DNA of 64,000 nucleotides, from NCBI GenBank assembly GCA_000092065.1, contig CP000597.1; one strand, given 5' to 3'. Below are positions 1 through 10,177 of the stretch, piece by piece. The notes beneath the pieces were generated by a model. The model was not told the origin of the DNA. It saw nothing but the letters and a program-made list of their open reading frames with translations, and did no database searches. Both the position numbers and the translations under genes were made by a program. The stretch's first letter is position 1; each line of letters starts with the position of its first letter. The DNA is from Ostreococcus lucimarinus (lineage: Eukaryota).

Positions 1-528
1 TCATCCCGCCTGCGATCCGCGCCCTCGCGCGCGTCCTCGTCCTCGTCCTCGCGCGCGCGTCGCGCCTCCGTCGCGCCGTCGTCGCCGCAGAAATCATCTT
101 CATCGACGCGACTCGGCGTCGTCACGCCGCTCTTCGACCCATCGCGCGCGCGCGCGCGTCCCTCGGCGTCGCCCTTCGCCGTCGTCGCGCGCGTCGGCGT
201 CGTCCGGCGCGCGCCGGCGTCGTCGCGCGCCATCGACGTCGGCGGCGCCGCGATGTGACGCGGCCGGTCGCGTCGATCGACGTCGAGGTTCGCGCGGCGC
301 GGTCGAACCTCGCGCTGAGGTTCGATCGCGCGCGCGATCGAACCTCGAGCGACGGTTCGACGGTCGATTCGCGGCGTCGGCGACCGTCGCCGCCGCACCG
401 CGCGACGCGATCGTCGAGCGCGCGCGCCGAGGGCGCCGAACGCGCGCGGCGCGAGCGGCGCGCGTCTCGAGCGGTGCGCGCGACCGCGCGGCGCGCCGGC
501 GAGGCGAGGCGAGGCGGCGATCGACGCG

Positions 529-2544
529 ATGGTGTTGCGCCGCGACGACGCGGCGACGACGACGGACGCGCGCACGGCGCTCGCGCGCGATCTCGCGCGC
601 GATGGGTGGTACGGCGACGACGCGGACGACGTCGAGCGCGGCGAGCGGCGGCGGACGCGCGGACGGGGTGGGTTTTGGACGCGCGCGCGGTGCGCGGCGT
701 TGGCGTTGGGTGTTACGGCGTGCGCGTGCGCGAGCGGCGCGGGCGTCGCGTCCACGGCGCGCGGACGCGCGGGCGCGAGCGCGCTCGGGGTGCAACCCGA
801 CGCGAGAGGGACGCCGCCGCCGGAGAGCGCGTTCATGCGAACGGCGAGGAAGGCGTTCGGGGCGGCGTTGATGCGAGCGAGTTATCACCAGACGCGCGCG
901 AGCGGCGACGTGGACACCGCGGAGGAGGCGGATGCGCTCGCGGATCGAGAGGCGATGGCGGTCGTCGTGGATGAGGATTTCGAGGACGATTCCAGGGAGG
1001 GTGATTTTCTGCGCGACGCGGGGAGACGCGCGGGGCCGGTTTCGGAGCTCGAACGGAGGCGAGAGGCGCGAAGGCGAGCGCATCGAGCGGCGGCGCGGCG
1101 CGCGGTGGCGCGCGCGAGCGCCGCGACGTCCGAACCACCGCCGGCGCCACCAGCGCCGACACCGCCGGCGCCGGCGCGCGCGACGACGCACGGCGCGGCG
1201 CATCAGCACCACGACGGCGGCGAGGGCGGTTTCTTGTCCGCGGCGCACGTGCGAGAGGCGAAGCGACAACACGCTCGTCACGACCGTCGAGTCGAACGGC
1301 GAGTGGAATCGCGCGAAGACGAAAAGGAAGAGAAAACAAAGAGGAAGGATGCGGCGGAGGGTGATGCCGTCGAGGATCAACCTGGTGCGACGATGGACGC
1401 GTACGACGACGACGAAGACTTCGTAGAGGCGGCGCCGTCAAAGCCGGCGGATGAGAGCGCGAAACAAAAGTACTTTAAATCCATCAACGGCGGTTACTTT
1501 GCCGCGCCACAGACGACGCGAGGCGACGATATCGGACGAATGATGAGACACGACAGAGCGAAGCACCAAAGTTTAGCGTCCTTGCACAACCGACCCGGAG
1601 CGATTCCGGGCTTGATCGACCATTTGCAAGCCAACGGCGCTCAAGTCGGCCAAATGCGTCTGATGACGTACACGAATTCCGCGTATTGGCCCATGGCGAA
1701 GCTTTTCATCGAGTCTGCCCAGCGCATACCGGGATTGGCCGATGCGTTGACGGTGATGGTGAGCGACCGCGCGACGCTCAAGCAGTGCGTGGCCACGGGG
1801 GTGATGTGCTTCTTAGATACGGATATGATCGACGTCCTCGGCGAACACATGAACAAAGACGGGAGCATCCAAGCCGGACAAGAAGATATGAGTGGAGATT
1901 TAGGCAAAGCCTTGCGCGTAGTGTGGACGTGGCGAAAAGTGCACGTGGTGTACACTCTCGTGAACGCCGGCTACGGGTGCTTGTTCCTCGACGCGTCGAC
2001 GCTGCTGCTGCGCGATCCGCGCTTGCTGATCAAGCAAAAGCTCGACGCTGGCGCACTCTTGGTGACGCTTTCGGACTTTGGCGGCGCACTGGAGCAAAAG
2101 GCCATCAACACGGGCTTAATCGGGGCGCGGCCGAATGAGTACGTCGGGAAATTGCTGGAGGATTGGATGGCGCTCGAACCCGAGGCGACGGATACCGAGC
2201 AAGCTTCGCTCACATGGAACATTGCGCCCAATGCTCGCGCAGACGGTGTTATCATCACCGCCCTCTCGCAGGAAGTCGCACCGTCGTACCTGACGTTCGA
2301 CGTCTCGCAGCACTTGGATCTAGACGAAGACGGAAGCGGCGAGCATCGCGGGTACATCGTACACGCCGCGTATTGCGGCTCAATCTCCGGAAAGTCAGCG
2401 TTCTTGTCGCGCGTGTCTCAATTAGCCGAAAATCCTAACCAGATCTTACCCGCGACGGAGGAAGAGAACGCGGGGTGCGACGTGTTCGATAGGCGCAAGT
2501 TCTTCACCTGCGGCCTCGCGCCTTGGGACGGCGTGTGCGAATGA
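529..2544 (+). CDS. Type II membrane glycosyltransferase, nucleotide-diphospho-sugar transferase (GT77 / RRA-arabinosyltransferase-like) family
   Basis: Continuous ORF with ATG at 529. It has an N-terminal cytosolic low-complexity region, then a hydrophobic TM-like stretch (CAALALGVTACACASGAGVA). The C-terminal 380 aa contain FLDTDMI / LFLDAS Dx(D)-like motifs, and the overall pattern resembles the plant Nucleotid_trans domain (RRA/RGXT-like). The start is uncertain; upstream exons are possible. Confidence 0.55.
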   Translation: MVLRRDDAATTTDARTALARDLARDGWYGDDADDVERGERRRTRGRGGFWTRARCAALALGVTACACASGAGVASTARGRAGASALGVQPDARGTPPPESAFMRTARKAFGAALMRASYHQTRASGDVDTAEEADALADREAMAVVVDEDFEDDSREGDFLRDAGRRAGPVSELERRREARRRAHRAAARRAVARASAATSEPPPAPPAPTPPAPARATTHGAAHQHHDGGEGGFLSAAHVREAKRQHARHDRRVERRVESREDEKEEKTKRKDAAEGDAVEDQPGATMDAYDDDEDFVEAAPSKPADESAKQKYFKSINGGYFAAPQTTRGDDIGRMMRHDRAKHQSLASLHNRPGAIPGLIDHLQANGAQVGQMRLMTYTNSAYWPMAKLFIESAQRIPGLADALTVMVSDRATLKQCVATGVMCFLDTDMIDVLGEHMNKDGSIQAGQEDMSGDLGKALRVVWTWRKVHVVYTLVNAGYGCLFLDASTLLLRDPRLLIKQKLDAGALLVTLSDFGGALEQKAINTGLIGARPNEYVGKLLEDWMALEPEATDTEQASLTWNIAPNARADGVIITALSQEVAPSYLTFDVSQHLDLDEDGSGEHRGYIVHAAYCGSISGKSAFLSRVSQLAENPNQILPATEEENAGCDVFDRRKFFTCGLAPWDGVCE

Positions 2545-2604
2545 ACCCGATCCCGTCACATCCAACGCATCGTGTGTGATAACAACTCTATATTACGTAG
2601 CTAA

Positions 2605-4008
2605 TCATTTCTCATTATTTTCCAAAATGTCTCGTTGGAACAAACGCGTGCGGCGGCGCTTCTCAGCTACTTCCACGACGGCGTTGATTTTCGGCTCGAA
2701 CTGTAGTCGTTCGGGTATGACGCGCAGTTCGCTCCATTTTTCGCGAAGCTTGACTTGCGCGGCTTTGAAATCCTGCTTACCTTCCTTGGTGATGTTCAAG
2801 AAGCCTTGATCTTTGAAGAATCGAATCGAACTAAACGGCTGTAGCGTTGAGACGATGTCGTCGACGCGAATGTTCGTCTTTTTGCTCAGCTCCGCCACGT
2901 TCACCCCGCCGGCGCTGGTGCTGCTGAGACTTTCGTAAATCACTCGGCTCCAGTACGTTCGATAGGAAGCGAACCCCAAATCGCTCAGAGGTCGCTCCGG
3001 GGTGCCGATGCGTCCCTCGCGTTTGGCGAGCTCGTACGAAAACTCAATCAAAAACCCCCCGTAGCCGCGACGCTGGTACGGCGGCAACGTGAGAATGCAC
3101 GCCAGATTCGTCTCCACTTGACCCTTCTCCTTGCTGAAGTACCCGATTATTCGATAGAGCGGCTTTCCACTCTCGTCAAAGTCCCGTTCGGTCAAGACAT
3201 AAAAGTAAAACGCGGCGACGTCGTAATACAGCGTCTTGTGATCCAAGAAGAGTTTCGCGATGAGGCACAAGTTTTGACAATACGTCGTCGCGTTCGACCC
3301 GTCCACTTCCCACATGCGCAACTGCGCGCGCGCGGGCGATTTCTCCGTCGCCTGTCGCTCTGGATGCCTATAAATCTCATTCCCCGGCGGATGTCGCAGT
3401 TCGCACGTCTTCTTATGCGCGATGTACGCCCTCCGCTTCCGATGATACTTTAAGCAAAAATCGCATACAAATAGCTTTCGCTCGTCGGTGTATTCCTCCG
3501 GAAACGGCGAGTCGAACCAGCAATCGCAAATGTACCGCCCGAGCTCGATCCACCGCACCTTCCGCCCCCCCTCCTCGCCGCGCTCGCCCCCGTCCTTCTC
3601 TCCCGTCGTCTTCCGCTTTCTCGCCGCCGCCGCCGCCGCCGCCGCTCTCGCCGCCGTCGCCGCGTCCGATCTCGACCCCCCGCCCGTGGTCTCGCTCCCT
3701 CCCACGCTCTCCCCACCCGCGCTCGTCAACCTTTCGACCCTCACCCACTCGTCCGCGACCCCCGTCGCGTCGTACCGCACGTAATACTTGACCTCGCCGT
3801 CCGTCGCGCTCGCGCCGTCGCCCCGCCTCGCCGCCACGACGCCCTCGCGCGCGTCCGCGCCGTCCGCCTCGTTCGCCCCGTCCCGCACGCGCACCCGCGC
3901 GCCGACCGCGAACGCCGCGCGCGCGTCGATCGCCGCGAACGCGTCGGGTCGCGCCGGCGCGTTCGTCTTCGGCGCGCGCATCGTTTCATCCCTTCGCGCC
4001 GTCTCCAT
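2605..4008 (-). CDS. MYST-family histone acetyltransferase (Esa1/Tip60/HAM-like) with chromo-barrel and C2HC zinc finger
   Basis: Diagnostic MYST motifs RMWEVDG, LCLIAKLFLDHKTLYYDV and TLPPYQRRGYG; a C2HC finger (YICDCW...CDFCLKY...HKKTC); an N-terminal tudor-knot (EVKYYVRYDATGVADEWVRVERL). ATG at 4008 (minus strand), with a second ATG at 3981. Confidence 0.85.
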   Translation of the reverse strand: METARRDETMRAPKTNAPARPDAFAAIDARAAFAVGARVRVRDGANEADGADAREGVVAARRGDGASATDGEVKYYVRYDATGVADEWVRVERLTSAGGESVGGSETTGGGSRSDAATAARAAAAAAAARKRKTTGEKDGGERGEEGGRKVRWIELGRYICDCWFDSPFPEEYTDERKLFVCDFCLKYHRKRRAYIAHKKTCELRHPPGNEIYRHPERQATEKSPARAQLRMWEVDGSNATTYCQNLCLIAKLFLDHKTLYYDVAAFYFYVLTERDFDESGKPLYRIIGYFSKEKGQVETNLACILTLPPYQRRGYGGFLIEFSYELAKREGRIGTPERPLSDLGFASYRTYWSRVIYESLSSTSAGGVNVAELSKKTNIRVDDIVSTLQPFSSIRFFKDQGFLNITKEGKQDFKAAQVKLREKWSELRVIPERLQFEPKINAVVEVAEKRRRTRLFQRDILENNEK

Positions 4009-4138
4009 CGTTTCGCGCGCGTCGCGCCGTCACCGCGCGTCCGATCGACCTCGCGCGCGACGCACCGCTCGCGTCGATCGTCGCGCGTCGATCGCGCGCG
4101 ATCGCGACGCTCGAGCCCCCCGCGCGCGCGAATCGCGC

Positions 4139-4156
4139 GCGAATCGATCGATTCGC
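4139..4156. promoter_or_regulatory. 18-bp perfect palindrome gcgaatcgatcgattcgc within a GAATCG motif cluster (MYST/kinase divergent promoter)
   Basis: gcgcgcgaatcgcgcgcgaatcgatcgattcgcgaatcc: three GAATCG copies, including the palindrome. It lies between the MYST ATG (4008, minus) and the kinase ATG (4285, plus). Confidence 0.6.
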
Positions 4157-4284
4157 GAATCCAATCCGCACTCGCCGACGCGCGATTCGATCGCCGACGC
4201 GCGCGCGCGCGCGCCCCGATCGCCGCGATCTCGCGCCGAGCGACGCGACGCGTCTTTTCGCGCGTCCGGGCGCGATCTCGAGCG

Positions 4285-6513
4285 ATGACGACGCGCGACG
4301 ACGACGAGACACCGCGCGACGCGCCGAGGAGTGCCCGGTTCGGCGTCGCGCGCGCGCACGTCGAGCGCGGCGCGACGCGCGACGGCGCCGCGACGGCGCG
4401 CGTCAACGCGCGCGCGCTCGAAGAGCATCGCGGCGTCGACGACGTCCGACCGGGGCTGGCGCTCGCGTTCGACGGCGCGTCGGGAGGGGCGTTCGGGACG
4501 ACGACGACGACGCGCGAGCGCGGCGACGTCGACGCGTTCGACGCGGCGATCGAACTGCGGTTCGACGTCGACGCGAGCTTCGACGCGCGCATCGAGGCGC
4601 GCGTGGTGAGGAACGACGGCGAGCGGGTCGCGCGGGAGGTGCACCTGGGGCGGTTGGGCGAGCGCGGGGGGGGGAAAGGGGTCGCGCGGGCGCCGAAGCG
4701 GGCGCGGAGCGCGGCGATCGATCGCGCGGTGGCGCTCGAGGGAGGAATACGGGGGAATTGGACGGAGAGTTTGATCTTTTCGGTGGATCCGGTGGGTGAT
4801 GGCGAAAACGAAGGGTTTGGGAACGCGTCGACGGTGGTGCGAGGGACGGTGTACGAGGCGGTGGTGGTGTCGGCGTACGACGACGACGACGACGCGTCGG
4901 CGGGGTACTTTTTCGCGAGCGGGAACGATACGACGGCGGCGGAGGAGGCGGAGGCGTACGCGCGCGCGGTGGAAACCATGGCGGAGGTGATCAGGGAAGC
5001 GCGCGCGTCGGCGGTGATCGATCCCGGTGACGATGCTTCGGCGCCGATCGCCGTCGTTTGGTCGACGATCGGTACGCTGGCGGCGCTTCTGTCGTTCGTC
5101 TCGTGTTTCGCGTGCGCGCGGCGACGACGGGCGCGACGACGCGCGCTGGAGCTCGCGATGGCGACCGAGAAGAAGGTTGATGATGAACCGGCACCGAAGA
5201 TCGAAACGAGCGCGCGCGAGGTTCGACGACGAAGAACGCCCGTGAAGTCGCCGACGCCGCCGCCGAATAGATTCGTCGCGTCCAATCGCGCGTCCAACGC
5301 GCCAATTTTTCCACACACCAACGCGTTGACGCGTAACGTGGTGTCGCGATTGGACTCGCTCGATGTCGCCACCGCGGGGCTTCGCAACGATTCCTTGCTC
5401 GACGCCGATGACGGCGTGGATGAGCACTTGGCGCTCGACGTCAATCGCACCCAGGACAGCGAAGAGTTTCATCAGCACGCCGTGGACATTCGCGATCGCA
5501 CGCGCGATGGCGAGGGCGCGTTCGACGACGACGCGGAAGACGAAAACGACGATGACGATCAGTCGAGGAGCGGCTCTGAGATTTCCGCGATTTTTGCATC
5601 CGCGATCGACGAAGACGACGAAGCGGTGGAATTGACGGCGGCGGAGTTTGCCCACGAAATCGCGCAGTCCCTCGACGTCGATGACACCTCTTTCGCGTTC
5701 ATCACGAGCGATGAATTTGAACGGTATGTGCAAGTTTTCGAAAAGCTAGGCTCGGGCGGTCATTCGACCGTGTACAGCGCGAAGTGGAACGAACGGCAGG
5801 TGGCGCTGAAAATCATGCACGACGAGAGCGATCGAATGACGCTGCAAAGCGAGATCGAGATCATGCGCGCCGTGAACCATCCATCGATCGTCAAAATTTA
5901 CGGCGCGTGCTCGTCACCGATGTGTCTGATGTTACAAATCGTTCATGGGGGGAGTCTTCACGAGGTATTGCACTGCTCTACCGCCGCCGAAGCGCCTCTG
6001 GCGGAGACGCAAACGCTTCGCATCGCTCGAGACATCTCGAGCGCGATGACGTACCTACACGAACTCAATCCAAAAATCATCCATCGAGATCTAAAGCCTC
6101 AGAATGTTTTGATCGAGCAAGACACGCTTCGCGCGTTGCTCTCAGACTTTGGCGTATCGCGCGCCGTGCGCACAAGCTTGTCGCCGAGTTCGCTCGGCGC
6201 GGGAACGGTCAACTACATGGCGCCCGAACTCTTCGACGACGGTCGCGCGGATGAAAAAGTGGACGTATATTCGTTTGCGATGATTCTTTGCGAAACGCTC
6301 AGCGGTAAGCAGCCCTGGAAAGGGATTCAACCGGTGCGAATCGCTTCGACGATCCTCGGCGACTCGGAGGCGACGTCTCGACCACCGTTGCCGCCAAACG
6401 TCTCCGAATTCACGACCGAGCTCATCCGCGCGTGCTGGCACCGCGACTCCGAGCGTCGACCGGCGTTCCGCGAAATTCTCACCGCGCTCGATCGACACAT
6501 CTCGGACGCGTGA
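4285..6513 (+). CDS. Membrane-anchored Ser/Thr(/Tyr) protein kinase (TKL/receptor-like), kinase domain C-terminal
   Basis: The C-terminal 270 aa form a canonical kinase (GSGGHSTVY, VALK, HRDLKPQNVLI, DFG, APE). One predicted TM helix (VVWSTIGTLAALLSFVSCFAC) lies about 250 aa from the N-terminus. ATG at 4285. No obvious signal peptide, so an upstream exon or type-II topology is possible. Confidence 0.75.
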   Translation: MTTRDDDETPRDAPRSARFGVARAHVERGATRDGAATARVNARALEEHRGVDDVRPGLALAFDGASGGAFGTTTTTRERGDVDAFDAAIELRFDVDASFDARIEARVVRNDGERVAREVHLGRLGERGGGKGVARAPKRARSAAIDRAVALEGGIRGNWTESLIFSVDPVGDGENEGFGNASTVVRGTVYEAVVVSAYDDDDDASAGYFFASGNDTTAAEEAEAYARAVETMAEVIREARASAVIDPGDDASAPIAVVWSTIGTLAALLSFVSCFACARRRRARRRALELAMATEKKVDDEPAPKIETSAREVRRRRTPVKSPTPPPNRFVASNRASNAPIFPHTNALTRNVVSRLDSLDVATAGLRNDSLLDADDGVDEHLALDVNRTQDSEEFHQHAVDIRDRTRDGEGAFDDDAEDENDDDDQSRSGSEISAIFASAIDEDDEAVELTAAEFAHEIAQSLDVDDTSFAFITSDEFERYVQVFEKLGSGGHSTVYSAKWNERQVALKIMHDESDRMTLQSEIEIMRAVNHPSIVKIYGACSSPMCLMLQIVHGGSLHEVLHCSTAAEAPLAETQTLRIARDISSAMTYLHELNPKIIHRDLKPQNVLIEQDTLRALLSDFGVSRAVRTSLSPSSLGAGTVNYMAPELFDDGRADEKVDVYSFAMILCETLSGKQPWKGIQPVRIASTILGDSEATSRPPLPPNVSEFTTELIRACWHRDSERRPAFREILTALDRHISDA

Positions 6514-6602
6514 CGCCCTCTCGAAGCGCCGCGATGCGCACGACGACGACGACGACGACGCGAAGACGAAGACGAAGACGCGTCTATGTAAACGTAAATA
6601 TT

Positions 6603-7127
6603 TCACGACGTCTCTCGCTCGTCTCCCGAACCCTCTAAACCAAAGCTCCTCGTCGCGTGTCGTTTCATCAACTGCGCGTTCCCTTTGCGTATCATATCCT
6701 CCACCAACGTCTTCGCGCGCGCGTAATCAAACTCCTCCATGTACGTCTCCCTGCACGCGCAAATCCGCAGCGCCACCTCCGGATTCGTCCCGAAGAACGC
6801 GTCCAACCATTCGTCCCCATCGCCCAGCGGCACGCCCTCCATCGCGCGTCGCAGGTCGTCGTAATCCGGGCACATGCACGTCCCGTCGCGCCCCGTGACC
6901 TGCGGCGCGAATCCTCCGTCGTTTCCCGCGCCCTCGAGGTGGCTCTGCACGACGCGAATCGCGACGAACGTGAACAGTCGGCGCAGCGTCTTCGCCGCCT
7001 TGGCCTCGGCGCTCTCGCCGCCCATCGCGTCGCCGGGGACGTAGAGCTTCGGCAGCGAGCGCGCGCGCGCGCGGCGCGCGCCGGGCGGCGGCGGCGCGAC
7101 GCGACGCGGGCGCGCGGCGGCGCGCAT
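6603..7127 (-). CDS. rbcX: RbcX-like Rubisco assembly chaperone, plastid-targeted
   Basis: AKAAKTLRRLFTFVAIRVVQSHL...VALRICACRETYMEEF aligns with the cyanobacterial RbcX helices (DTAKTLQSYLTYQALRTVLAQL ... LALRIMTVREHIAEE). The N-terminus is Arg/Ala-rich and transit-peptide-like. ATG at 7127. Confidence 0.55.
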   Translation of the reverse strand: MRAAARPRRVAPPPPGARRARARSLPKLYVPGDAMGGESAEAKAAKTLRRLFTFVAIRVVQSHLEGAGNDGGFAPQVTGRDGTCMCPDYDDLRRAMEGVPLGDGDEWLDAFFGTNPEVALRICACRETYMEEFDYARAKTLVEDMIRKGNAQLMKRHATRSFGLEGSGDERETS

Positions 7128-7366
7128 CGTCGGTCGGTCGGCGGTTCGTTATGCCGACACACCGAGGGGGCGATGAGCGCGAGGCGAGACGAGACTGGAT
7201 TCGCATCCAGCGCCGACGCGCGCGTTTTTACCGCTTCGCGCGAGAGCGACGATTTTCGTTGTAACCGCATCGCGCATCGCGTGTCGTGCGCGCGCGTTCG
7301 TTCGTTTGGTTCGTCGCGGTGGTCGGAACATCGTATTGCACGCGTCGACGCGTCGCGACTCGATTG

Positions 7367-8482
7367 CTAAAAGTTCAACCACGCCGTCATGTACTCGCAC
7401 GACGATGGGTTGATCAGCCCGTCCGGGCGACACTCGTTGATCACCGGACACACCCCACACGGGATGTCGGTGTAGGCGTTGGACTCGGGAACCGGCAGCG
7501 CCGCTCGCGTGTAAAACGTGATCGGCTGGAAATCCTCGTCTGCCTTACCCATCCCGTCGTCCTGAGACTCGTCTTTGATTTCATCCACCTTGCCGTCGTA
7601 CACGAGCGTGTTGACTATTTGTAAAACTTCATCCTGTCCGAGATCGATGCGACTGAGCTCGCTCGCGCGAACGAAATCGCTCACTTCTTTCAGCGTCACG
7701 CGCTCGCGCGAGTAGATGAATTTCACGCACTGCTCGCGCAACACGCTGATAAATTCGGCGTCGTACTCCTGCTCGGTGTACCACGCCCCGCCAGTGATCT
7801 CTCGGCTCGGTTCGAGCTCGTACAGCATGTACACCTTTCGATTTTGTTGCGCCACGTGCTTGACGGATTTGATCAACTTTCTCGCCTCGAGCGTCTTGAA
7901 AATCTTCGTAATCTGCGGCACCGGTAGATTCGACCGCTGTTTCAGCTCCTTCGTCCACATCCCCGCGTTCCCGGCGTGCTGAATGATCTGATACACCAGC
8001 ATATCTTCCGTGCTCAAACCCTTAAACTTCGCCGCCTGCGCCTCGCGCACTCGCGCGTACACCAACCCCCCGCCCCGTCCGAACACGTCAATCTTCTTCT
8101 CCCGCAGCAAGGTGTTGATCGCCTCCGCGCGCTCTTCCACCGACATCTCCTGCCCGAGCATCGTCGCCAACTCGTCCTCCGTCACGCCCGTTCGCGCGCC
8201 CTCGCGTCTCGACGCGTTCGACGAGCTCGCGCCGTCGCCCCGTCCCGCGCCCGCGCGTCCTCGCGCGTCGCCATCCTCGTCCCGTTCCCCTCCCTCCGCG
8301 TCCTCGCTCGCGCCGGACCGTCGTCGCTTTCCCGGCGCGTCCGCGCGCGCGCCCTCCGCGCCGCGCGCGTCGTCGCCGTCGCCGTCGCCGTCGCCGCCGT
8401 CCGCCTTTTCGATGTGTTCCAAAACCACCCGCGCGCGGTTCCGCGCCGCCGCCTGCGCCGCCGCCTGCGCCGCGCGCGACAT
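7367..8482 (-). CDS. DNA-directed RNA polymerase III subunit RPC6 (Rpc34/POLR3F)
   Basis: Winged-helix repeats plus a C-terminal Fe-S/cysteine module (DIPCGVCPVINECRPDGLINPSSCEYMTAWL) characteristic of Rpc34. The tool ORF runs to 8629 from a GTG; the first in-frame ATG is at 8482 (MSRAAQAAAQ...). The N-terminus is low-complexity. Confidence 0.6.
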   Translation of the reverse strand: MSRAAQAAAQAAARNRARVVLEHIEKADGGDGDGDGDDARGAEGARADAPGKRRRSGASEDAEGGERDEDGDARGRAGAGRGDGASSSNASRREGARTGVTEDELATMLGQEMSVEERAEAINTLLREKKIDVFGRGGGLVYARVREAQAAKFKGLSTEDMLVYQIIQHAGNAGMWTKELKQRSNLPVPQITKIFKTLEARKLIKSVKHVAQQNRKVYMLYELEPSREITGGAWYTEQEYDAEFISVLREQCVKFIYSRERVTLKEVSDFVRASELSRIDLGQDEVLQIVNTLVYDGKVDEIKDESQDDGMGKADEDFQPITFYTRAALPVPESNAYTDIPCGVCPVINECRPDGLINPSSCEYMTAWLNF

Positions 8483-8736
8483 CGACGTCGCGCGTTCGAT
8501 CGATCGTCGCGCGGCGCGGGCGCTCGAGCGCGGCGCGCGCGTCGCGCGATGGCGACGGCGGCGCGCGCGCGTCGGTCGCCGCCGTTGTAGCGCGGTGTGT
8601 AAATAATCTGGTGGCGTGTGATAACGCACGCATACGACGATGATTTAAGCCCAGTATCGTTCCCAACCATCGTTCGTAGTGCGCGCGCGAAAGCGCCGTG
8701 TCGTCGTCGCGGCGCCCGCGCGCGCGATCGATCGAT

Positions 8737-8797
8737 CGAGGTTCACCGCGCGCGAGCGAAACGCGCGCCGAGTTTCGCTCGCGCGCGGTGAACCTCG
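8737..8797. promoter_or_regulatory. 61-bp perfect hairpin palindrome (26-bp arms, 9-nt loop) in Rpc34/LHC divergent promoter
   Basis: The arm cgaggttcaccgcgcgcgagcgaaac (8737..8762) is exactly complementary to gtttcgctcgcgcgcggtgaacctcg (8772..8797). It is flanked on both sides by gatcgatcgatcg tracts. It lies about 85 nt upstream of the LHC ATG (8881). Confidence 0.8.
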
Positions 8798-8880
8798 ACG
8801 CGAGTTTCGCGCGCGAACGACGCGGTCGATCGATCGCGCGCGGGCGCGCGGCGCGCGGCCTCATTCCCGCACGCACCCCG

Positions 8881-10086
8881 ATGTTCGCGCGAACCTTGAA
8901 CACCGTCACCCTCGCGAGCGCCCCCGCGCGCGCGACGAAGCGCTGCGCGAAGCGCGCGACCGTGGTCGTGCGCGCCGAGGGCGAAACCGAGGCCGAGGCC
9001 GCGCCGGCGCCGGTCAAGGTGCGACGATTCGACGACGCGCGCGCGCGATGCGGGATCGCGTTTCGGACGTTCGGGCGGTGTGACGACGCGCGCGAACGCG
9101 CGGTGGGACGAACGACGGCGCGAAACTGTGGATGGGAAAAGTTTGCGGCGGATCGACGGCGTCGCGAGGGCGCGCGCGCGAGGGCGCGCGCGCGAGGGAG
9201 GGGCGATGGCGATCGGGGCGTTGATACGATCGCGCACCGTATCTCGCGACGGGGTTCAAAGATTTGGGTGATTTGTTGAGTCGTGACTCGCCAATCGTGG
9301 GGGTTGGGCGAGCGCGCGCGAGACGAGACGAGACGCGCGGTGACTGACGACGAATGCGTGTTTTTGTGTGTTTTACAGAAGGCGGCGCGCAAGACGGATG
9401 ACCTCGCGCCGTTGTACGTGCTCGGGAACTCTGACCAGTCGTTGTCTTACCTCGACGGCTCTTTGCCGGGCGACTACGGGTTCGATCCGCTCGGGTTGTC
9501 CGACCCGGAAGGTGCCGGTGGTTTCATCAACCCGCAATGGTTGGCGTACTCTGAAGTGATCCACGGTCGATGGGCAATGCTCGGTGTGGCCGGTATGGTT
9601 GCCCCGGAGGTGCTCGGCGGCCTCGGCATCATCCCGCAAGAAACCGGCTTGGTCTGGTACAAGGCGGGTATGATCCCGGCGCAAGGCACGTACGATTACT
9701 GGGCCAACCCGTTCACGATCTTCTGGATCAACGCCGCGTTGATGAACTTTGCTGAACTTCGCCGCGCGCAAGATTACTGGAACCCGGGCTCCATGGGCAA
9801 GCAAGAACTCATCGGCTGGGAAAAGATGCTCGGGGGCTCCGGCGAACCGGCATACCCGGGTGGTTTCTTCAACATCATGGGCCAAGGCAAGTCCGACATG
9901 GCGAAGATGCGTGTCAAGGAAATCAAGAACGGTCGTCTTGCGATGATGGCGTGCTTCGCGTGCGGCGCGCAAGCCGTGATGACGGGTGAAGGCCCGGTGA
10001 AGAACTTGATTGACCACGTCTCCGATCCGTTCGGCCACAACTTGCTCGTGAACTTCCAAAACATTGGCGGCGTCTCTCCGTTCTAA
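8881..10086 (+). CDS. Light-harvesting chlorophyll a/b-binding protein (LHC/Lhcp), two exons: join(8881..9018,9379..10086)
   Basis: Exon 2 carries the canonical LHC helices ([33 protein letters not shown]). The transit peptide ([35 protein letters not shown]...) lies in a separate upstream ORF in the same frame. An in-frame stop separates them. Donor GTCAAG|GTGCGAC at 9019, branch ACTGACGA at 9343-9350, acceptor TTTTACAG| at 9378. Confidence 0.8.
9019..9378 (+). other. Spliceosomal intron 1 of LHC gene (360 nt, phase 0)
   Basis: GTGCGAC donor, ACTGACGA about 30 nt upstream of a T-rich tract and CAG acceptor. It joins the transit-peptide exon to the mature LHC in frame. Confidence 0.6.
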
Positions 10087-10177
10087 GCGGGTTGACATTT
10101 AGCTAGTAGCAGCGCTTTGTTTTGTATGTAAACACAACAAAAGCATCATCAAAAACAATCGTCCCATCAACTTCCTC

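Noticed and set aside
100-1380. Long GC-rich ORFs, often antisense or overlapping real genes. Examples: 100..1380-, 3741..5450-, 4030..5733-, 8088..9392-, 14778..15992+, 15434..16111-, 22246..22938-, 36898..37920-, 40157..41710-, 43711..44934-, 55484..56524-.
   Set aside because: Their products are extreme Arg/Ala/Pro/Gly low-complexity strings with no domain resemblance. They overlap genes supported by clear homology. High GC depletes stop codons, so long spurious ORFs are expected on every frame.
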